Of a stretch of 64,000 bases of DNA, positions 56,773 through 64,000 are shown piece by piece. The position numbers and the translations under genes were made by a program. The stretch is from positions 512,001 to 576,000 of the forward strand of contig JBMNLZ010000002.1 of assembly GCA_050953065.1 (NCBI GenBank), written 5' to 3'. The stretch is from Bacilli bacterium. GTDB lineage: Bacteria; Bacillota_I; Bacilli_A; ML615J-28; CAG-698. Below the pieces are notes generated by a model. That model was given only the letters and a program-made list of their open reading frames with translations. It made no database searches and had not been told where the DNA came from. The number at the start of each line of letters is the position of its first letter. Position 1 is the stretch's first letter.

Positions 56773-57621
56773 ATGGAAAAATTTGTAATTATAACTGACA
56801 GTTCAAGCGACTTACCTAAAGAATTTTATGAAAAGAATCAAATTGTTGTTGAACCGTTTACAATTAGTGTTAATGAAAAAGAACTTGTTGATGGTGATTT
56901 AGCTGTTATGGAACTTTTTGAATTAGCAGAAAAGGAAAAAGCTATTCCAAAAACTGCTGCTGTTTCACCTGCAAGATTTATGGAAATTTTTGAGAAAGTT
57001 GTTGAAGCTGGTAAAAAGGCTGTTTATATTGGACTAGGTAGTGGTTTTTCATCAACTCTTCAGAATGCTGTAATTGGAAAAGAAGATTTTGAAGGGAAAA
57101 TATACGTTATTGATTCAGGAAACTTATCTTCTGGAACAGGACTTTTATTACTTAAATTAGTAAAATTTAGAGATGAAGGTTTATCTATAGAAGAAAGTGT
57201 TGCTAAAATTGAAGCATTAGTACCTTTAGTAAGGACACAATTTGCTATTAGTACACTAGAGTATTTACATAAAGGTGGAAGATGTAGTGGTACTGCAAGA
57301 TTTTTTGGAACGCTATTAAAAATTTATCCAATTGTGCGTGTGATAGATGGTAAAATGGAGGTAGCTAAAAAAGGTCGTGGTAGATTTGAAAATGCTTTAG
57401 ATATTGTATTTGATTATTTCGAAAGCGATTATAAAGATAATAACATTGATCTTGATTGTGTGATGGTAACACATCCTTATGCACCAAAAGATGCAAAATA
57501 TCTTAAGGAGAAATTAGCAGCAGCAGGAGTTAAAAATATTTTAGAAACAAATGCAGGTTGTACTATTGCTACGCACTGTGGACCAAGAACAATCGGTATT
57601 TTATACATTAAAAAACACTAA
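56773..57621 (+). CDS. DegV/FakB fatty-acid-binding protein
   Basis: ITDSSSD, PKTAA, LEYLHKGGR and HCGP; ATG 56773 after GGAGGT. Confidence 0.92.
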   Translation: MEKFVIITDSSSDLPKEFYEKNQIVVEPFTISVNEKELVDGDLAVMELFELAEKEKAIPKTAAVSPARFMEIFEKVVEAGKKAVYIGLGSGFSSTLQNAVIGKEDFEGKIYVIDSGNLSSGTGLLLLKLVKFRDEGLSIEESVAKIEALVPLVRTQFAISTLEYLHKGGRCSGTARFFGTLLKIYPIVRVIDGKMEVAKKGRGRFENALDIVFDYFESDYKDNNIDLDCVMVTHPYAPKDAKYLKEKLAAAGVKNILETNAGCTIATHCGPRTIGILYIKKH

Positions 57622-57641
57622 ACCAAGGAAACTTGGTTTTT
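57620..57641 (+). terminator. Terminator
   Basis: AAACCAAG-GAAA-CTTGGTTT followed by T. Confidence 0.75.
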
Positions 57642-57710
57642 GTTTTATCAAACAAGTTGACAAACAATTATTGATATAATATAATTTTTTTACAATGTAA
57701 AGGAGGTTAT

Positions 57711-58568
57711 ATGGAAAAATTTGTAATTATAGCAGATAGTACTAGTGATATCCCAAAGGAGTTAAGAGATAAATATAATATTGAAATAATTCCTCTATGC
57801 ATTAATATCGGCGAGGACATTTATAAAGATGGAGTTGAATTATCAACAGTTGAATTGTTTGATTTAGCAGAAAAAAAGAAGACGTTGCCTAAAACTTCTG
57901 CGATTGCTCCGGATGAGTTTATAGAAGTATTTAAAAAACATCTTAATCAAGAAAAAAAAGTTTTATTTATAGGAATTGGAAGCGGCTTTTCTGCGACACT
58001 TCAAAATGCTCATATTGCATTTGGTGAATTTGAAAAAAATGTTTACATTGTAGATTCTGAAAAATTATCGATTGGAACAGGTTTTGTAGTATTAAAAGCT
58101 TGTGAATTAAGAGAAGAAGGTAAGTCAATTGATGAAATTGTGAAAGTACTAAATGAATATAAAACAAGGGTAAGGACTTATTTTGCAATCAGTACATTAG
58201 AATATTTACACAAAGGTGGAAGATGTAGTGGTACTGCAAGATTATTTGGTGCAATGTTAAAGATAACACCAATAATTAGAGTAGCATTAAATAAAATGGA
58301 AGTAGCTAAAAAGCCAAGAGGAAGATATGAAAAAGCTTTGGATGAAATGTTAGTATATTTTAATGAAGATTTAAAAAAGAATAATGTTGATCTAAATAAG
58401 GTTGTCTTAATTTATCCACATCCTAAAGCATTAAATGATGTTGAATATATGAAGAAGGAATTACATAAATTAGGAGTAAAAGACTTTATAACAACAACTG
58501 CTGGTTGTACAATTTCGACTCATTGTGGACCAAGAACGATTGGTCTTGCTTATGTAGTTAAACAATAA
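57711..58568 (+). CDS. DegV/FakB fatty-acid-binding protein (tandem paralogue)
   Basis: Same motifs as the upstream copy; AAGGAGGT RBS; TTGACA and TATAAT elements upstream. Confidence 0.92.
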   Translation: MEKFVIIADSTSDIPKELRDKYNIEIIPLCINIGEDIYKDGVELSTVELFDLAEKKKTLPKTSAIAPDEFIEVFKKHLNQEKKVLFIGIGSGFSATLQNAHIAFGEFEKNVYIVDSEKLSIGTGFVVLKACELREEGKSIDEIVKVLNEYKTRVRTYFAISTLEYLHKGGRCSGTARLFGAMLKITPIIRVALNKMEVAKKPRGRYEKALDEMLVYFNEDLKKNNVDLNKVVLIYPHPKALNDVEYMKKELHKLGVKDFITTTAGCTISTHCGPRTIGLAYVVKQ

Positions 58569-58572
58569 AATT

Positions 58573-58599
58573 AAAACAAAGCTTTTAGCTTTGTTTTTT
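58573..58599 (+). terminator. Terminator
   Basis: AAAACAAAGC-TTTTA-GCTTTGTTTT followed by T. Confidence 0.7.
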
Positions 58600-58638
58600 C
58601 TTTAAAGATTTGGAAAAATATGTTATAATAATAAATTA

Positions 58639-59436
58639 GTGGAGAAGAAGATTATGGGTAAGTATATTTATTATAATTATGGTTATTCAAAAAATAGTAA
58701 TAAAAAGATTAATTACATTAAAGAAAGTGGTTTTGATGGTGTTTTTTTATTTTGTAATTGGAAGACGAATAAAAGGTTAGTTAATAAGATTAGGAAAAAT
58801 GGTTTAGAGATTGAAACACTACATTTACCTTATAGACATATGTGTAATAATTTATGGGTTGAAGGTAAAAAAGGTGAACAATATAAAAATACAATCATTA
58901 AAGGAATAAAAAAATCTTCAAAACTTAATATCAAAACTGTAATTATGCATATTTCAAGCACTGATAATCCTCCTGAATTTAATATGCTAGGGATAAAAAG
59001 AATTAATGAAATTTTAAAATATTGTGAAAAATATGATATCTATATAGCTTTTGAAAATTTAAGGAGATTAGATTATCTAGATTATGTTTTTGAAAACTGT
59101 GAATCTGAATATTTGAAGTTTTGTTTTGATAGTGGGCATGCAAATGCATTTACTAAAAATATTGAGTCTTTTCCTTGGGATAAATATAAAGATAAACTTC
59201 ATTGTTTGCATTTACATGATAATAATGGTGATTTTGATGAGCATAAAATTCCTTTTACTGGTAATATTGATTGGAAAAAACTAATGGATAATTTAAATAA
59301 AATAAATTATTTAGGGAATTTAACTTTAGAGGTTATTCATTGTTTTCATAAAGATAAAATTAAGGATGAAAAAGAATTTCTTAAAAAAGCATTTAAAGCT
59401 GCTTCAAAATTAGAGGAGTTAAGAAAGAATGGTTGA
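58639..59436 (+). CDS. Xylose-isomerase-like TIM barrel (sugar phosphate isomerase/epimerase family)
   Basis: AFEN, FDSGH, HLHDN...DEH, GNIDW and TLE metal-ligand motifs; start may be ATG 58654. Confidence 0.85.
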   Translation: MEKKIMGKYIYYNYGYSKNSNKKINYIKESGFDGVFLFCNWKTNKRLVNKIRKNGLEIETLHLPYRHMCNNLWVEGKKGEQYKNTIIKGIKKSSKLNIKTVIMHISSTDNPPEFNMLGIKRINEILKYCEKYDIYIAFENLRRLDYLDYVFENCESEYLKFCFDSGHANAFTKNIESFPWDKYKDKLHCLHLHDNNGDFDEHKIPFTGNIDWKKLMDNLNKINYLGNLTLEVIHCFHKDKIKDEKEFLKKAFKAASKLEELRKNG

Positions 59437-61678
59437 ACTATTAGCCCCAGCTGGTGATTACCAGTCCTATAAAATAGCTCTTTTATCAGGAGCAAATGCT
59501 ATCTATCTTGCAGGTAAAAAATTTGGAGCAAGAGCAAATGCTTCAAATTTTACAAAAGAAGAAATTGAACAAATCATAAAAGAAGCACATTTTTATGGTG
59601 TTAAAATTTATATTGCAGTTAATACTGTTTGTTATGATGAGGAAATACAAGATGTGCTTGAATTTATAGACTTTGTTTATCTAGCAGGCTGTGATGCTGT
59701 AATTGTTCAAGATTTAGGGTTAATAAACATCATTAGTAAAAGATATCCTGATCTAGAGATCCATGCATCAACTCAAATGAATGTTCACAGTGTTTCGCAA
59801 GCTCAAACTTTAAAAGATTTAGGAGTTAAAAGAATTATACTTGCTAGAGAATTAAGTTTAGAAGAAATAAAAGAAATTATCGAAAAAGTTAAAATAGAAG
59901 TAGAAGTTTTTGTTCATGGAGCTCTATGTTATTCATATTCTGGCAATTGTTTATTTAGTAGTGTTGTAGGAAGACGTAGTGGAAATAGAGGACAATGTGC
60001 TCAACCATGTAGAATGCTTTATGAACTTAATGGTGAAAAAAGTTATTTAATGAGTATGAAAGATTTAAACACTCTTGAACTAATTGGTGAACTTTGCAAG
60101 ATAGGAGTTAAATCTTTAAAGATTGAAGGAAGACTTAGAAAAAGTGAATACGTTTATGTTGTAGTAAATAGCTATAGAAAAGCACTGGATGCATTTTATA
60201 AAAAGGAAAAAATTGATTTAAACTATTATCAAAATGAGCTTAAAAAAGTCTTTAGTAGAGACTTTACAAAAGGACATATCTTTAAAGATAATGAAAAAAT
60301 TAATTTTGATAATCCAAGACATTTTGGTGAAAAGGTTGGAGAAGTAGTTAAAACAATTGGTGAATTTGTTTTTATTAGATTTGATGAAAAAGTGAATAAT
60401 CAAGATGCTTTAAGAATTGTTACTGATAAAGAAGAAGATGGTTTGATTATTAACGATTCAAAGATTTATGAAAAATTAAAAACAAATAATGTTTTAAAAT
60501 TAAAAGCACATAGTAAAAATTTACTAGGTGGAATTGTCTATAAAACTTCAGATTTTACTCAAACAAAAGAAATGTTTGAAAAATTAAATCAAAAAAAGTT
60601 TGTTGAAATAGATGGTAAAATATCTTTAGAAAATGATTATCTTTCTTTAGAAGTAACTGATGGAATAAATGTTTTAAAAGAATTAAGCACTTCAAAAGTT
60701 TTAGCATCATCTTCAACTAATTTCTTAGAAAGAATCATTCAACAGGTAAATAAGAGCCAAAACTATAATTTTTTGTTTAAAGACCTTAAAATGCTCATAG
60801 ACCGCCCTATTTTCCTGCCTGTTAGCGAAATTAACGAATTAAGAAGAAGAGTATTGGATAGACTAAAAACGATTAGAGAGCAAAAATACACAAGAAAGAT
60901 TAATAAAAAGTATGAATTTGATAATTTTGTAATAAAAAACAAAGATTCTAGGATAGAATTTATTGCACATAGCAAAGAGCAATTAGAAGCATTAAACGAA
61001 GTTTTTGTGAGTGAAGTTTATGTTCCGTTTGATTTGTTTGAAAAATATGAGGGAAAATTTAAGAGAATAAAACTTTTATATTTAGAAGAGCGAATTGCTG
61101 ATGATATAAAAATTGATCCTAAAATAACAATGATGCAAACTTTATCAAACGAAAAAATTTTATCATCAAGTATATATTTAAACGTAACGAATATTTATGC
61201 TGTTAATTTACTTCATAGTTTTGGAGTTGAAAATGTTGGTCTTTCAATTGAATTAAATAAAAATCAAATTTTTAATTTAGTCAAGAATTATTATGATTTG
61301 TTTAAACAAACACCATCTTTAACTGTCATGGTTTATGGTAGATATTCTTTGATGATAACAAGAAATTGTTTCATAAAAGAAAAACAAGGCTGTAAGAATT
61401 GCAAGAGTAAGTTTATTATAAAAGATAGAATGAATAATGAATTCGTAGTTGTTAGAAGGAAAAATTGTATTATAGAAATACTTAATTCTAAAAAAATAAA
61501 CTTGTTAAATAATCTTGAAGAAATGAAAAATAATGGTATTAAAAACTTTTTAGTTTGTTTTACAGATGAAGATTATGAGGAAACACTTCTTGTAGCTAAT
61601 AGTTATAAAAATGTTTTTGAAGGTAAAAAAAGTGATTTTATTATAGAAGATGTTACCTTTGGATATTATAATTTATAA
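59429..61678 (+). CDS. U32 family protein, long RlhA-like form (RNA hydroxylation)
   Basis: ELLAPAG, HGALCYSYSGNC, GNRGQCAQPCR and LKIEGR; 749 aa. Confidence 0.85.
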   Translation: MVELLAPAGDYQSYKIALLSGANAIYLAGKKFGARANASNFTKEEIEQIIKEAHFYGVKIYIAVNTVCYDEEIQDVLEFIDFVYLAGCDAVIVQDLGLINIISKRYPDLEIHASTQMNVHSVSQAQTLKDLGVKRIILARELSLEEIKEIIEKVKIEVEVFVHGALCYSYSGNCLFSSVVGRRSGNRGQCAQPCRMLYELNGEKSYLMSMKDLNTLELIGELCKIGVKSLKIEGRLRKSEYVYVVVNSYRKALDAFYKKEKIDLNYYQNELKKVFSRDFTKGHIFKDNEKINFDNPRHFGEKVGEVVKTIGEFVFIRFDEKVNNQDALRIVTDKEEDGLIINDSKIYEKLKTNNVLKLKAHSKNLLGGIVYKTSDFTQTKEMFEKLNQKKFVEIDGKISLENDYLSLEVTDGINVLKELSTSKVLASSSTNFLERIIQQVNKSQNYNFLFKDLKMLIDRPIFLPVSEINELRRRVLDRLKTIREQKYTRKINKKYEFDNFVIKNKDSRIEFIAHSKEQLEALNEVFVSEVYVPFDLFEKYEGKFKRIKLLYLEERIADDIKIDPKITMMQTLSNEKILSSSIYLNVTNIYAVNLLHSFGVENVGLSIELNKNQIFNLVKNYYDLFKQTPSLTVMVYGRYSLMITRNCFIKEKQGCKNCKSKFIIKDRMNNEFVVVRRKNCIIEILNSKKINLLNNLEEMKNNGIKNFLVCFTDEDYEETLLVANSYKNVFEGKKSDFIIEDVTFGYYNL

Positions 61679-61752
61679 CTAAAAACTTTTTATTGTTTTT
61701 TTTAATGAAATATTATATAATACTAGAGTGAATGTATATTAAGGAGGCAGAA

Positions 61753-63813
61753 ATGAAAGAATACAAAGCTGATTCGATTAGAAATATTGCTATACTAGGA
61801 CATATGGGGTGTGGGAAAACATCTTTATGTGAATCAATGTTATATGTTAGTAAAGCAATTGAAAAAAAAGGAGAAGTAGAACGTAAAAATACAGTAGGTG
61901 ACTTTTTACCAGAAGAACAAAATAGACAAACTACACTAAGTTCTAGTTTAATACCTATTGAATGGAAAAATACCAAAATTAATTTTTTAGATACTCCAGG
62001 TTCTGAAGAATTTATTGGTGAATTAACAAATGTGTTAAGTGTTGTTGATGGGGCCATAGTATTAATAGATTCTTCAAGAGGAGTTGAAATTGGTACTGAA
62101 AGAGTATGGGATGAACTTGCTAAAAGAAATATCCCTATAATCATAGTTAACAATAAACTAGAAAAAGAAAATATTAAATACAATGAAGTGCTAAATAGCA
62201 TTTCTGAAAAGTTAGATAAAAAAGCTACACAGTTTTTTATTCCATTTGGAGTTAGTGAGAACTTTAATGGTTATGTTGATGTAGTTTCAAAAAAAGCTTT
62301 TTCATATGCTAGTGGAAAAGCCGCTGAAGTAAGTATTCCTAGTGATTTAAGTAGTCAAGTTGAAGAAAACAACGGAAGCATTATTGAATTTGCAGCTGAA
62401 ACATGTGAAGAATTACTTGAAAAATATTTTGGTGGTGAAGAATTAACTGTTGATGAAATTGCTAAAGGCTTAAAAAACAGTTTAAAAAACCGCGATATTT
62501 TCCCAGTAGTTACAACTTCGGGACTAAAGAACATTGGAATAGAAGGCTTGTTAGATGCAATCATAGCTTACATGCCAGCAGCATCAGAGTTTGAAAAAGA
62601 AGGGATTAATCCAAAAGACAACTCAAAAGTTGTTAGAAAAACAACAGATGCTAGTCTTTCTGGTTTAGCATTCAAAACTACGATTGATGCTTTTGTTGGA
62701 ACTATTACAATGTTTAGAGTATATTCTGGTTCTTTAAAAACTGCTCAAGAAGTTTATTTGCCAGAAGAAGATACAACAGTTAAAATGCCTCAATTATTTA
62801 CTTTAATGGGAAAAACGCAAATTCCTTTAGAAACAATTTATGCTGGTGATATTGCAGCTGTTGCTAAATTGCCAGAAATTACAACTAATGTAAGTTTTTG
62901 TGATAAAAAGGATCCAATTGTATTTGAAAAAATTGAATATCCTACACCTACAATTTATATCGCAATTTCTCCAAAAAATAAACAAGATGAAGATAAAATT
63001 TCAACATCACTTCAAAAGATTCAACTTGAAGATGCAAGTTTTGAAATAAAGAGAAATGAAGAAACTGCTCAAATGTTATTAGGTGGCCAAGGAATGACGC
63101 ATTTAGGTTATATTGTTGAAAAAATGCGTAATATGTTTAAAGTTGAACTTGAAACTTCAGATCCAAAAATTGTTTACAGAGAAACAATTAAAGCTAAAGG
63201 AGAAGCTCAAGGTAGACATAAAAAGCAATCAGGTGGAGCTGGACAATTTGGTGATGTTTGGATTAGATTTGAACCAACAGAAGAAGAATTTGAATTCGCA
63301 GAAGAAATTTTTGGTGGAGCCGTACCTAAAAACTATTTCCCAGCAGTTGAAAAGGGCTTAAGAGAAGCGATGAAAAGAGGACCTTTAGCAGGATTCCCTG
63401 TAATTGGTGTTAAAGCAACTTTATATGATGGATCTTATCATCCAGTTGACTCAAATGAATTATCGTTTGTTTTAGCTGCTCAACTTTCTTTTAAAGAAGC
63501 TTGTAAAAGTATTAAACCTGCTATTTTAGAACCAATTATGAAAATTAATGTTATTGTAAAAGATGAATACTTGGGTGCTATTATGGGGGACGTTACTAAA
63601 AGACGTGGTAGAGTATTAGGAACTGAACCACGAGATAATGGCTGGCAAGAAGTTATTGCTGAAGTTCCTGAAAGTGAAATTATTAAATACACAACAGATT
63701 TGAAAGCTTTAACTCAAGGAAGTGGACGTTTTAGTAGAAGTTTCTTAAGATATGAAGAAGTTAGAGACGATAGTTTAGTATCAAGAATAATTAACGAATA
63801 TAAAAAACAATAA
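61753..63813 (+). CDS. Divergent elongation factor G paralogue (EF-G2-like)
   Basis: EF-G domain motifs (YRETI, HKKQSGGAGQFG, DGSYHPVDS), but G1 GHMGCGKT, G3 DTPGS and G4 NKLE; not in the str operon; ATG 61753 after AAGGAGG. Confidence 0.9.
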   Translation: MKEYKADSIRNIAILGHMGCGKTSLCESMLYVSKAIEKKGEVERKNTVGDFLPEEQNRQTTLSSSLIPIEWKNTKINFLDTPGSEEFIGELTNVLSVVDGAIVLIDSSRGVEIGTERVWDELAKRNIPIIIVNNKLEKENIKYNEVLNSISEKLDKKATQFFIPFGVSENFNGYVDVVSKKAFSYASGKAAEVSIPSDLSSQVEENNGSIIEFAAETCEELLEKYFGGEELTVDEIAKGLKNSLKNRDIFPVVTTSGLKNIGIEGLLDAIIAYMPAASEFEKEGINPKDNSKVVRKTTDASLSGLAFKTTIDAFVGTITMFRVYSGSLKTAQEVYLPEEDTTVKMPQLFTLMGKTQIPLETIYAGDIAAVAKLPEITTNVSFCDKKDPIVFEKIEYPTPTIYIAISPKNKQDEDKISTSLQKIQLEDASFEIKRNEETAQMLLGGQGMTHLGYIVEKMRNMFKVELETSDPKIVYRETIKAKGEAQGRHKKQSGGAGQFGDVWIRFEPTEEEFEFAEEIFGGAVPKNYFPAVEKGLREAMKRGPLAGFPVIGVKATLYDGSYHPVDSNELSFVLAAQLSFKEACKSIKPAILEPIMKINVIVKDEYLGAIMGDVTKRRGRVLGTEPRDNGWQEVIAEVPESEIIKYTTDLKALTQGSGRFSRSFLRYEEVRDDSLVSRIINEYKKQ

Positions 63814-63819
63814 GGATAT

Positions 63820-63843
63820 GGGCTAATTTATTAGCCCTTTTTT
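63820..63843 (+). terminator. Terminator
   Basis: GGGCTAAT-TT-ATTAGCCC followed by a T run. Confidence 0.8.
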
Positions 63844-63849
63844 AAAATA

Positions 63850-64000
63850 ATGATTATAAAATATATTGTAGAAGACGAAAATGTTTTAATAAAAGATTAT
63901 TTAAAAAATAAAAATCTTTTAAGTAATTTTTTAAAAAAAGTTAAGTTGTATGGTGAATTTAGAATAAATCAAGAAATTGCTAAAAATTATTATCCTTTAA
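63850..64000 (+). CDS. Partial ORF, possibly RluA-family pseudouridine synthase N-terminus
   Basis: MIIKYIVEDENVLIKDYLKNKNLLSNFLKKVKLYGEFRIN... is open to the window end; family call from weak resemblance only. Confidence 0.4.
   Translation, partial: MIIKYIVEDENVLIKDYLKNKNLLSNFLKKVKLYGEFRINQEIAKNYYPL

Overview
A very AT-rich bacterial chromosomal segment, almost all on the + strand, using the standard code (TGA is a stop, e.g. thrB, pyrB). Sigma-A promoters, T-boxes, a purine riboswitch, DegV and NfnAB point to a low-GC anaerobic Bacillota or Acholeplasmatales/Izemoplasmatales-like organism (inference). No mobile element, prophage or CRISPR array is visible. In order, the window holds two coiled-coil trypsin-like proteases, a VIT1/ferritin-like protein, trxA, an SDR, nfnAB, an NCS2 permease, a 22-kb guanine-riboswitch-led pur-gua-pyr-car cluster, a T-box-led beta-eliminating lyase, a thr/hom/asd operon, tRNA-Lys(CTT), ABC-F, typA, an Arg-T-box-led arg operon, aroF-tyrA, two DegV genes, a U32 protein and a divergent EF-G. 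Three observations stand out. (1) The class I glutamine amidotransferase domains of PurL, GuaA and CarA each have Ser in place of the catalytic Cys, and the PurF glutamine site is also eroded, suggesting nucleotide synthesis from free ammonia. (2) A tyrosine phenol-lyase-like gene sits under a Tyr-specific T-box, so it should be induced by Tyr starvation, suggesting it makes tyrosine from phenol, pyruvate and NH3. (3) The guanine riboswitch appears to act through an unannotated 25-codon leader ORF whose stop codon overlaps the terminator. All functional interpretations are untested inference from motifs read by eye.
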